A stretch of 64,000 bases of DNA from a virus (Duplodnaviria > Caudoviricetes), in IMG/VR virus record IMGVR_UViG_3300028888_000125, positions 5,567-69,566 of that record; one strand, given 5' to 3'. The position numbers and the translations under genes are program-made. How positions within the stretch are numbered: position 1 is the stretch's first letter; each line of letters begins with the position of its first letter. The notes under the pieces were generated by a model. The model worked only from the letters and a program-made list of their open reading frames with translations. It did not search any database and was not told the DNA's origin. Below are positions 9,602 to 18,135 of the stretch, one piece after another.

Positions 9602-10804
9602 ATGGCTAGAAAAATAACCGTCCTTGATGAAATCGAAGGCGATCTCTCTGAAGAGATTGCGGAAAACGCTGAAAGCGGAAAGAAAGTCTCTCAGGAACCC
9701 GATGAATCCGAAGCGGGTCCCGAGAAGGAAGAAACCATTCCGGAAGGTGCTCCTGCGGCTGGTACGTCCCCCGAAGAACCGTCGGATGAAGTTTCCGATT
9801 CCCAGATTCAGGATTATCTTTACGGCAAGAAAGGAAAAGGCAAAAAGAAACGCCGCTTCCGTGATGAAGATAATCCCGACGGGGATGACGGTGACGATGA
9901 CGGTGAAGGCGATGACGACGGCGACGGCGAAGGTGAAGGATCCGACGGCACCGACGACGATGGTGAAGGCGGCGGAGACGATGACGAGACTCCGAACGGT
10001 GATGAAGATTGCCGCAACCGCAAGAGTAAGAAAGGCAAGAAAGGCAAAGGCCGCCTGAAGAATGGTCCCATGACCGTCATGAACGAGATCGAAGGCGATC
10101 TCTCTGAAGAGATTGCCGACGAGCCCGAAAAGGCCGGTGACATCGACGAACCCGAAGAAAACGATGTCAAGCCCGACGAAGCTGGTGACAACCGTCCGAA
10201 CGCTGGTTCCGATGAAGCTGGTACCACTCCGGAAGAGCCCTCTGACGAAGTCACGGACTCCCAGATTGAAGACATGCTCGAAAACGGCTGCAGTGGCGGT
10301 AAGAAGCGCAAGAACAAGAAGCACAAAGGCGCCCGCAACGAAGACGGTGGTTCCGACGATGATGACGATGATGACAGCGGTGATGACAATCCCGACAATC
10401 CCGATGACGCCGATGCCCAGGCCGCCGCGGAACATCCCGATGATGACGATCCCGACAACGAAGGCAGTGATGATGACGGCGACGGGGATGACGATGATGA
10501 CAGCACCCCGTCCGAAGACAAAAAGAAGAAAAACAAGAAAAAGTCCCGCAAGGGTCTGACCAACTGGGACAAGTGGCGTGCTGAACTCGAAGAGTCCAAC
10601 CCCACGACTCCTGACGGCCTCGATACCGATCGTCCCGACGGTTTCGATCAGCAGGATGATGAGGCGAAGCCGAACACTCCGCCCGAACTGACGGAACCCA
10701 TCGAAAAGGAAGTCGAAGGAAACAATCCTGACGATGAAGGTGATGACATCAATCCGGAAATCCCGGATTCGACGATCACCAACATCCTCAAGACCTCCTG
10801 GTAA
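9602..10804 (+). CDS. Intrinsically disordered acidic protein with basic blocks and an internal duplication
   Basis: 400 aa, very D/E/G/P-rich with four Lys-rich blocks. Duplicated EIEGDLSEEIA...PEEPSDEV.DSQI unit. Confidence 0.75.
   Translation: MARKITVLDEIEGDLSEEIAENAESGKKVSQEPDESEAGPEKEETIPEGAPAAGTSPEEPSDEVSDSQIQDYLYGKKGKGKKKRRFRDEDNPDGDDGDDDGEGDDDGDGEGEGSDGTDDDGEGGGDDDETPNGDEDCRNRKSKKGKKGKGRLKNGPMTVMNEIEGDLSEEIADEPEKAGDIDEPEENDVKPDEAGDNRPNAGSDEAGTTPEEPSDEVTDSQIEDMLENGCSGGKKRKNKKHKGARNEDGGSDDDDDDDSGDDNPDNPDDADAQAAAEHPDDDDPDNEGSDDDGDGDDDDDSTPSEDKKKKNKKKSRKGLTNWDKWRAELEESNPTTPDGLDTDRPDGFDQQDDEAKPNTPPELTEPIEKEVEGNNPDDEGDDINPEIPDSTITNILKTSW
9632..10116 (+). repeat. Exact 29-nt direct repeat (9632-9660 and 10088-10116) marking an intragenic duplication
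   Basis: ATCGAAGGCGATCTCTCTGAAGAGATTGC occurs at both positions. Confidence 0.9.
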
Positions 10805-10824
10805 TTCCAATCATTAAACACTCT

Positions 10825-10860
10825 ATACTGCACCTGGGGTTTTGGCCTCAGGTGCAGTAT
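10825..10860 (+). terminator. Intrinsic terminator hairpin after the head operon
   Basis: ATACTGCACCTG...CAGGTGCAGTAT inverted repeat just after the stop at 10804. Confidence 0.75.
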
Positions 10861-11058
10861 ATGAGATTTTGTTTACTTATATATTCCAAAGATGAGATAA
10901 TGAGTAATTATCTTAGATATGCGAGACGATTCATCATTCCCTAGCTTGTGTCCAAAGATCGCAAGGTACCACCCGTTTGTGGTACCACTCGTCTCGCATA
11001 TCTTTTTTCGCCTTATGACATCCTTTTAAACCTACCACACCACAAGGAGAAATTCCAA

Positions 11059-11493
11059 ATGAACCAGCAACAAGAAATTAAACAACTGCTCGACGTTGGC
11101 AAGACAGTTTCCTGTCGTGTCGTTGTCGGGAAAAAGAATGGGAATCTAATCAGCGTCAAGGACAACGGCAAGATTATGATTCCCACAAAAACCCTTTTCA
11201 CCATAAAGAATAACGATGGTAGTATGAAAATACTATCAGGGCTGACCCCAGAAACAAGACTACTGGGAGTCGTTGTATCGACACACGATACTTACGACAA
11301 TGTGGAGCTATTCTGCGCGTATGATGTAAATGGGACTCTCATCATAGCTCCCGCATACGCTGACTATACTGCCTATTCTGATCAGCTACGTTTCATTGCA
11401 GAGAAACCAGAATGGGCAAGCATCCAAAATGAAATAAAAGAGTGGGTCGCCGCCGGATCCAGTCTTGAAACCGCAAAAACGTTATGTCTATAA
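11059..11493 (+). CDS. Hypothetical protein
   Basis: ATG 11059 preceded by AAGGAG; 144 aa. Confidence 0.6.
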   Translation: MNQQQEIKQLLDVGKTVSCRVVVGKKNGNLISVKDNGKIMIPTKTLFTIKNNDGSMKILSGLTPETRLLGVVVSTHDTYDNVELFCAYDVNGTLIIAPAYADYTAYSDQLRFIAEKPEWASIQNEIKEWVAAGSSLETAKTLCL

Positions 11494-11645
11494 GGACTAT
11501 AACGTATGAAGAATTCAAACGTAAGAACCCAAACGTGGCTAACCAGATAGACCAGATAAAACGAGAATATTGGCGGATCTGGCCTGATGGTGACCTACAG
11601 AAAAAACAGTTTGAAATTATAAGAAACATTCTTGGGAGACATTAG
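11484..11645 (+). CDS. Small hypothetical protein (53 aa, not in ORF track)
   Basis: MSIRTITYEEFKRKNPNVANQIDQIKREYWRIWPDGDLQKKQFEIIRNILGRH* exactly fills the gap between its neighbours. Confidence 0.5.
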   Translation: MSIRTITYEEFKRKNPNVANQIDQIKREYWRIWPDGDLQKKQFEIIRNILGRH

Positions 11646-11647
11646 AC

Positions 11648-11887
11648 ATGATGGAGCGGAAAAGTGAAAAATGGTTAAAAGAACACAACGTGGCCATAGA
11701 TGCTCGGCGTTTATCTCCCACGAGAACGAACATCTACTTGTCCCGTGAAATAAGTGAGAAGGAAGCAGGTGAGTATCTCAAACTCGAAGGCCATATATGC
11801 GCTATAGCTCCTGTCGGTTTCTTTGATGTGCGATACGATCCTGAAGAAAAGAAATACTTCATCTACGTCGACGATTCGACGGATTGA
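11648..11887 (+). CDS. Small hypothetical protein
   Basis: 79 aa ORF with GGGAG upstream, followed by a terminator. Confidence 0.55.
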   Translation: MMERKSEKWLKEHNVAIDARRLSPTRTNIYLSREISEKEAGEYLKLEGHICAIAPVGFFDVRYDPEEKKYFIYVDDSTD

Positions 11888-11912
11888 TGGAGTCGAAGAT
11901 TAGATGTTAACT

Positions 11913-11948
11913 AAAGGTGCATGTGCGACATCGTATACATGCACCTTT
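11913..11948 (+). terminator. Intrinsic terminator
   Basis: 12-bp stem AAAGGTGCATGT/ACATGCACCTTT followed by a T-rich tract. Confidence 0.75.
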
Positions 11949-11979
11949 ATCTTTATTTTTTGTTCAAAGGAGACCTACA

Positions 11980-13530
11980 ATGCCTGTATTTGGCTCCAAT
12001 ATATCCGGTCTGGAAGCACTTGATTTCCAGGTAGCGAGAGGCGGCAGTCCTCTCGCTATGGATCTTGTGGCTTGCTTTCAGCGAGTCATGAATCTACGGG
12101 ATTCCATCACGTCCAGTATCACGGAACGTGTCAAGAAGATTACCGATCATACCAGAAAAGTCGTCATCCCTGAACTCAAGGATATCATCAAAAAACATAC
12201 AGGTATGGAAATGGCGAAATGTCATGTCTCCAGTTCTCTTGCCTGTAATTTCGCCATGTACCTGATTATGGGCGATGACAGCAGTGGCTGGCAGATGGCA
12301 AATATCATGCGTCGTTACTCTGGTCTAGAAACCTTAGATGAAGACCCGATCTACAGTCAATTTATTAAAGACCCCATTACGGCGGAGGAAATGATCGCCG
12401 TTGCGGATTCTTTCAACAAGAAGACTGGGTATGTGTCACATCTTAAAGTGGATAGAGTCCCCGCAGGTATTAAGTTCTGCCTTTTCTTTGATCCATATGC
12501 AGCGTTTCTCATCAAAGAAGTCGGTAACCGTAACTGTGAGTATCTGACATCTGTCGAGCTGGCCGCCATTATTCTACATGAAATCGGTCATGCGATTACC
12601 ACCCTTGAACTGGGAGCTGACTTATATCTACGGGCTGAAACCTATAGGAATTCTCTAGCGTATTTCCTACAGAAAGCGCCCCGTGAGGAGAAAGCCAAAT
12701 ACACGACGTACGTCCTCCAGCAGATGATGCCCGAATACTTCAAGCAGGTGGACAAGAAAATAGGTGAAGCCTCCAAGACTCGTGACTGGAACAAAGACCA
12801 AGGAAGTATTGTTCTGGACGTTATTACGTTGTTTTTCTCAACGGTCATATCCACCGTCGGCTACACGGCTTATTTTCTGATAGACCAGATTGACAATATC
12901 TTCACCGTTTTTGGAAACAACAATACCTACCTGGCAAACAAGAAATCGGATTTCTACCGCTTCAACAAGAACCCGCGCAACTGTGAACAGATTGCAGACG
13001 AATACGTAGGCAGACACGGTATGTCCCGTGGTCTCGTTGGTGGTCTCCAGAAGCTCTACGACTGGTGCACGACATCCGGGCTCGGCCAACTCTGGAATTC
13101 CCAGACCTCTAAGTTCATGTATTACGCCGACAAGGTTCCGTATGTCCTTTTCGTTACACTGATGGGTGACGTAAGTAATGGTGGAGACGACTCCTACGAC
13201 AAAATGAGTCAGCGTTTTGAACGAGCCTATCGGAATACGCTCGGCAATATCAAGAAGCTGGATATTCCGCCAGAGATGCTGGAATACTACGTCCAAGACG
13301 CCGAACAATGTGAACGGATGCGTCAGAATGCAAAGCCTGTCGTCAACTACATCATGGAAGCGAACCGTGTTCACGAAGCACTTGCTTTCCTGATTCGCTA
13401 CCCGTTTATGCAACTCGGTAACGGGGAATTTGAACGCCAGTATGAAAAACGTTTCCTGACAGGCGAGAAACTCCAGAACAATGATTTGTTCCTAACCGCT
13501 GGCAAGCTACGTGTCATGTCTCAACAATAA
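11980..13530 (+). CDS. HEXXH zinc-metalloprotease-like virion protein (M48-like motif; phiKZ-like inner-head family)
   Basis: ATG 11980 after AAAGGAG. Motifs ELAAIILHEIGH and EQIADEYVGRHG. N-terminal SGLE processing-type site. Confidence 0.65.
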   Translation: MPVFGSNISGLEALDFQVARGGSPLAMDLVACFQRVMNLRDSITSSITERVKKITDHTRKVVIPELKDIIKKHTGMEMAKCHVSSSLACNFAMYLIMGDDSSGWQMANIMRRYSGLETLDEDPIYSQFIKDPITAEEMIAVADSFNKKTGYVSHLKVDRVPAGIKFCLFFDPYAAFLIKEVGNRNCEYLTSVELAAIILHEIGHAITTLELGADLYLRAETYRNSLAYFLQKAPREEKAKYTTYVLQQMMPEYFKQVDKKIGEASKTRDWNKDQGSIVLDVITLFFSTVISTVGYTAYFLIDQIDNIFTVFGNNNTYLANKKSDFYRFNKNPRNCEQIADEYVGRHGMSRGLVGGLQKLYDWCTTSGLGQLWNSQTSKFMYYADKVPYVLFVTLMGDVSNGGDDSYDKMSQRFERAYRNTLGNIKKLDIPPEMLEYYVQDAEQCERMRQNAKPVVNYIMEANRVHEALAFLIRYPFMQLGNGEFERQYEKRFLTGEKLQNNDLFLTAGKLRVMSQQ

Positions 13531-13539
13531 GAGGAACCC

Positions 13540-15366
13540 ATGAAATTTGATAAATCTATATCGTCGTTCATGCAGAAGTCGAACGAAGCCGTAGAAACCA
13601 ATCTGGCTCTCGTTGACCGTCTGTTTAGTCAATACAATCAGATCACCGAATGCATCGACAACGTTTCCAGTTTCGGTCTGACTCCTGCTACAGAGAGAAT
13701 TATGCGTTCTCTTCCTGACACAGGACACCTTGTCAGCTATTCCTTCGAACAAATAGAGAATGCAAAGCCTGCTGTCAGAGACATGATGGCTCTGGAAGGA
13801 TTCTTTGAAATTCTCGGTGATATCGTGTCGAAGATCTTCAATGCGATTATCGCTGTCTTTCAATGGATTATTTCCATGATTGGCAAAGTGATCAGCTATA
13901 TCTTCGGTGGTGTAGCGGCGGCTGGCGGCCTTAGTGGAAGAGGTAATAACAGCGCCGAGGGGAAAGCTCTTACCAAGAAACTGGAAGATATTTTCAAAGT
14001 CGATGGGACCAAACTCGTCGGCGACCTGCCGACGGATATGGAATCAATCGAAAAAGTTCTAACAACCATCAACAGTCTCAGCGGCGCCAGCAAGGTTACT
14101 TTGCCGAACCCGATTGATACGATTTCGATCCCTGGACTTCAAGGTGCATTCCGCATCACTATTCCTGGATACGAAAAGAATCGTAAATTTGTCGATATCA
14201 TTCTGCCTGGAAAACGGGTCAACATGTCGGACGGTGTGACAGATGTCATCATGTACAGTCTTCCGAATTTCCTCGATGAAATCTTACGTGAATGGAACAC
14301 GTATAAAGTTGAACATAAAACAAATAATACAGTTGTTCGTACGCAAAATAAGCCGTATATCGACAACACAACGGGCGCAGTTAGTAACAAATCTATCCCC
14401 TCTGTAACAAAAAATAACGAAACTCGTTCTTATTACAATTTGCAGGATGGCATCGACAGTCTCAAGAAATTCATGACTCAAGAGCACTGGCAGTTTGCTA
14501 AACTGTACACGGCTCTTTTCACCGCTCTTTTCAATGCGCAGAAATCTGCCGCTGGCGGTGGACCAAAGATGGTCATTCTACCCATGGTGGATTTGCACGG
14601 AAATGATGTCTCGGGTCGTATTGAGGACGAAGTGGACCGGATGCTTTCGTCTTATGTGGACGAGATCTTAAGAGCTAGCGTGGACAAGAAGAACTCTATC
14701 GGAAACATTCTGTCCAAAGATTCCATTACAGCCAACAAAGGTATATCCGATCCTACCACGGCCGGCAATGTCGATGACACCGACTACCTGAACAATACCT
14801 ACAACAATGTTATTGAAAGTGGAAGGGATGCGGCAGATATAAAACACTACGGTGTTGATACGAACAAATATCTTGCCTCGTTTACACGGCTTTATACGCT
14901 TATTGGTGATCCGACGGATACCAATCGTTACCGCTTTGCAGGCATCAAACAAGCACTCGAAGATATTGCCAAAACACAGGAACAAAATAGAGAACTTGTT
15001 GAGAAAGCCAAGACCCGAAACGAGAAAGTCAACAATGATATTCTGCTTTATCTCAAAGCTTGTATCGAATTCGCATCGAGAGAAGACGCTCTTCCGCCCA
15101 TTGGAAGTATCGTGCTTCAAAACGCTCCAGACGGTTACGATGATGTGAAGCTTAAGATGGATATCGCTCATGCTTATGCTACGTCTATCAACATCCGTCA
15201 CATCAGCAAGTTCCTGAACGTTTACTACACGACGATCCAGAAACTCATCAAACTGACAACGGTCTACACGGCTCGTTATCAATCTCTCATCAAAACTATT
15301 CAGGATACTCAGCTCGCCAACATCCAAGTCGGCGGACAGGAAGTACCCCTCCATTCTACGAAATAA
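13540..15366 (+). CDS. Internal head protein (phiKZ gp93/gp163-like)
   Basis: 608 aa. Propeptide-like region with SFE/ALE followed by the amphipathic helix GFFEILGDIVSKIFNAIIAVFQWII, typical of phiKZ inner-body proteins. Confidence 0.65.
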   Translation: MKFDKSISSFMQKSNEAVETNLALVDRLFSQYNQITECIDNVSSFGLTPATERIMRSLPDTGHLVSYSFEQIENAKPAVRDMMALEGFFEILGDIVSKIFNAIIAVFQWIISMIGKVISYIFGGVAAAGGLSGRGNNSAEGKALTKKLEDIFKVDGTKLVGDLPTDMESIEKVLTTINSLSGASKVTLPNPIDTISIPGLQGAFRITIPGYEKNRKFVDIILPGKRVNMSDGVTDVIMYSLPNFLDEILREWNTYKVEHKTNNTVVRTQNKPYIDNTTGAVSNKSIPSVTKNNETRSYYNLQDGIDSLKKFMTQEHWQFAKLYTALFTALFNAQKSAAGGGPKMVILPMVDLHGNDVSGRIEDEVDRMLSSYVDEILRASVDKKNSIGNILSKDSITANKGISDPTTAGNVDDTDYLNNTYNNVIESGRDAADIKHYGVDTNKYLASFTRLYTLIGDPTDTNRYRFAGIKQALEDIAKTQEQNRELVEKAKTRNEKVNNDILLYLKACIEFASREDALPPIGSIVLQNAPDGYDDVKLKMDIAHAYATSINIRHISKFLNVYYTTIQKLIKLTTVYTARYQSLIKTIQDTQLANIQVGGQEVPLHSTK

Positions 15367-15383
15367 GTGAAATAATGAAAAGT

Positions 15384-15417
15384 GCACCAGGGGAGGCCCG
15401 AAGGCCTCCCCTGGTGC
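15384..15417. terminator. Bidirectional terminator between convergent genes
   Basis: Perfect 15-bp GC-rich stem GCACCAGGGGAGGCC-CGAA-GGCCTCCCCTGGTGC. Confidence 0.85.
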
Positions 15418-15460
15418 GTTCCTGTGTTTATTCCGTAAGCATGAAATCACTTGAAAGTGC

Positions 15461-15856
15461 CTACGAAAGCTTGCAAGAGTAGTTATACCCTTTCAGAATG
15501 GAGACAGCCGCATTCGCGTCGGCGGCGGATGCATTGAACAACGTAATCGTGTAAGTCTTTCCTTCTTCGATACGCTCAATGCTCTTAATCCACTCAAACG
15601 CAAACGGTCTCGGTCTGTCTTCCGAATCCAGTTTGACAATCATGTAAGTCTGGTCCTTGACGCTGGAGAGATCATCTTCCTCAGCCTGAGCGACTTCCGT
15701 CTGCATGGCACCAACATCGCCGTAAGCATGAGCAATGCTGTATGCGGCGATGGCAAGCACTTTACCACTGTAGACCTTTTCGCCCATCAAGGATTTTACC
15801 TTGAATTTAACTGTATCACCCGTTGTTAGACGATATAGTAGAGTTGGTATGCTCAT
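15461..15856 (-). CDS. Conserved small beta-barrel (SH3-like) protein of phiKZ-like phages
   Basis: ATG 15856 with GAGGAGG SD; 131 aa, GDTVKFKV...YSGKVLAI pattern. Confidence 0.5.
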   Translation of the reverse strand: MSIPTLLYRLTTGDTVKFKVKSLMGEKVYSGKVLAIAAYSIAHAYGDVGAMQTEVAQAEEDDLSSVKDQTYMIVKLDSEDRPRPFAFEWIKSIERIEEGKTYTITLFNASAADANAAVSILKGYNYSCKLS

Positions 15857-17708
15857 CTTTTTCCTCCTCAGGTAAGTAGTATGACATCGGGACAATGATC
15901 GTTTCCGTCCGCAGGAACTTAAGGGCCAGATCACCGAAACGCTTTAAGAACTCTTTTGCCATCGTGACAGGTTCTGTGGCGATAGTCAACGTATCATCGT
16001 CGGCGCACGCAACCAGAAAATCATCAATGGAATCGTAGTTTTTGAGTGTGATCAAATCACCCGGTTTCTCAAAGGAGAAGACTTTTGGATCATCTCGTTT
16101 GACATTGATATCGCGATAGGCACTCCGGAAGAGAATATCCTGGATGTAGTCAATACCGCTAATCAACGCTTTTGCAACGGCATTCACGAAGAATTTCTTA
16201 CGTTCATCCTGATCGTCCGCGACAAACGATACAGCGAGGTTGATCGCCTGCTTCATTGTAATGTTTGCACCCGGGACGATACCTTTGATGAGAGCTTTTC
16301 GTGTTCCGATCAAAGCGTCTGCGACAATATCCCGATTACGTAGATGATCATACTGCATACCACCCAGCTTGATAAACGTGTGACCGACTGTACGCACCTT
16401 GATAGCGTGTTTGTTGAGTCGATCAATCGTCTCCGCCACGTTGGTCTGTGAGCGATCGTTTGAGAGGATCTTGATTTGCTGATCGATACCAAGAATGTAG
16501 TCGTTTAACGCCTGGTGGTTTTTGCAGTCACCGATGTACGGATTCTTTCCTTTGGTTCCCTCTGGATAGAGGCCTGTCATGATGAAGAAACTGTCGCCAG
16601 CCAATTTGGCCGTCCAGCCTTTTGTTACAAACGGCTTCAGTTTCTCGTTACCGAGAATGTAGGAGAGTGTCCGTAGGTCGTTGACATCAAACTGGGTGAG
16701 ACCAGTTCGGACAAAACCAACAGTTCTGCACCGTGTCTTCTTCAGGAGATCGGTGAAGAAATCTTCCGTCTGGTTGTCACATCTAGACGGCATGATGACG
16801 CAAAGCTTCTTGTTGTTTTCGATCGCGTCTTTTATCTTCTCAAGAAGCGGTATGTGAGACTCGATTCCGATAGCTGGCGATTCGACAAAGAGTATAATCT
16901 CTGTCTCCTCGTCAATTTCATACATGGTGCCGAGATTGCGGTTCCATGCTTCAATCGGCGTAAGCGTTACATGCTCGATTGTGAACTGCGCATCATCCTG
17001 GATGACGGTGATATCTTTGTCCGTCTCATAACGTTCCGATTCAATCGTCGTGTAGTCCCAGACTTCCCGTGGATTGTTGGCAAAGAACGTTGCGACGATA
17101 TTTGCCAGTTCACGATTGCCGTGGGACGACGTGTACGCCTGAAGGAATGCCAGCTTGTAGACGATGTCCCGTTCTTCGAGACCTGTCCGTTCGTGCATTT
17201 CCCGCAACTGATCAGGATCACCTGGTTTGCAAGCGAGGTCGTCCAGATAACGACCAACCTTATTGACGAAAACGTCAGTATAATAGGATTCCAACTCCGC
17301 AACCGTATAGTTGTAGGGGCAATCCGCAAACTCTTTCATCAGTTCCAGAATACCCGTGGAACCAAGAATCATCGCGCTGGTTGTACCATCACCAGCGGCA
17401 ACCTCTTCACGGTCACCAAGATAGGTGATATTCTTAACCAGGATCTTCTGGAGTTTCGATGCGTAACTAAAGGCACGGATGATGTTGACACCGTCCTTCG
17501 TGAAGACAGGTTCTGTCCAATCGGACGTTGCCACCATGGCGTAACGGCTATACGGACCAACGTGATTTGACAGAATAGCACGGACTTCTTCAAAGGTTCT
17601 CATCAGGACTTTCTGGAATTCTTTCTTGGACATGGTGTTCTTCACGTCCAGCCCCGAATTGAGAATGGTTGGTTTTTCGCCCAAATTGGGATCAAGTGAT
17701 TCAGTCAT
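15816..17708 (-). CDS. groEL: GroEL-like phage chaperonin
   Basis: 630 aa. Equatorial-domain motifs VFTKDGVNII, AAGDGTTSA and DIVADAL..TRKALIKGIVPG. SD AGAGG. Confidence 0.85.
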   Translation of the reverse strand: MTESLDPNLGEKPTILNSGLDVKNTMSKKEFQKVLMRTFEEVRAILSNHVGPYSRYAMVATSDWTEPVFTKDGVNIIRAFSYASKLQKILVKNITYLGDREEVAAGDGTTSAMILGSTGILELMKEFADCPYNYTVAELESYYTDVFVNKVGRYLDDLACKPGDPDQLREMHERTGLEERDIVYKLAFLQAYTSSHGNRELANIVATFFANNPREVWDYTTIESERYETDKDITVIQDDAQFTIEHVTLTPIEAWNRNLGTMYEIDEETEIILFVESPAIGIESHIPLLEKIKDAIENNKKLCVIMPSRCDNQTEDFFTDLLKKTRCRTVGFVRTGLTQFDVNDLRTLSYILGNEKLKPFVTKGWTAKLAGDSFFIMTGLYPEGTKGKNPYIGDCKNHQALNDYILGIDQQIKILSNDRSQTNVAETIDRLNKHAIKVRTVGHTFIKLGGMQYDHLRNRDIVADALIGTRKALIKGIVPGANITMKQAINLAVSFVADDQDERKKFFVNAVAKALISGIDYIQDILFRSAYRDINVKRDDPKVFSFEKPGDLITLKNYDSIDDFLVACADDDTLTIATEPVTMAKEFLKRFGDLALKFLRTETIIVPMSYYLPEEEKDEHTNSTISSNNG

Positions 17709-17725
17709 ATGTGTTCCTCTTTATG

Positions 17726-18091
17726 TCAGACAGACGGCTGTTTCATCAGCGCCTGCATTTCTGTTTCTTTTGCTTTGCTCAGCTTAGCTCTTTCCTCAGC
17801 TATCTTCTTGACTTCATTTTCAATCTTCTCGAATTTTACAAAGTCAAGGTCCATTAGATCCTGGTAGGACAATCCGTAATATTCCATGACGATTCCGTAT
17901 CGACAAAGCGTTGCCGCTCGCTGATGATACTCGTCAACTAGATGTTCAGATTCACGCCATCTCAACAGGAAAAACGGATCGTCCTCGTGGAACGTAGATG
18001 GATAGATAGTCTGTCTGGTAAGAAAATCCAAGATGGTTGTACGCCATAGTGGATGTGCATTGATGAGATGCCTCAACCCACTATCCATCAT
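17726..18091 (-). CDS. Tail/baseplate assembly chaperone C-terminal part, probably expressed via a -1 frameshift from the upstream gene
   Basis: Frame is open 30 codons upstream of the ATG into the upstream gene, with no SD. YYGLSYQDLMDLD pattern resembles T4 gp51 and GT-type chaperone tails. Confidence 0.6.
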   Translation of the reverse strand: MMDSGLRHLINAHPLWRTTILDFLTRQTIYPSTFHEDDPFFLLRWRESEHLVDEYHQRAATLCRYGIVMEYYGLSYQDLMDLDFVKFEKIENEVKKIAEERAKLSKAKETEMQALMKQPSV

Positions 18092-18135
18092 GAGCTTGAA
18101 GAAGTTGTCCAGGCGTTCTTCAAGCTCTTCTTTGG

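Noticed and set aside
9596-10810. Long antisense ORFs (e.g. 9596-10810, 9820-10605, 21830-22588, 5542-6279)
   Set aside because: These are shadows of strongly codon-biased or low-complexity genes on the opposite strand; they lack SD sequences and protein-like features.
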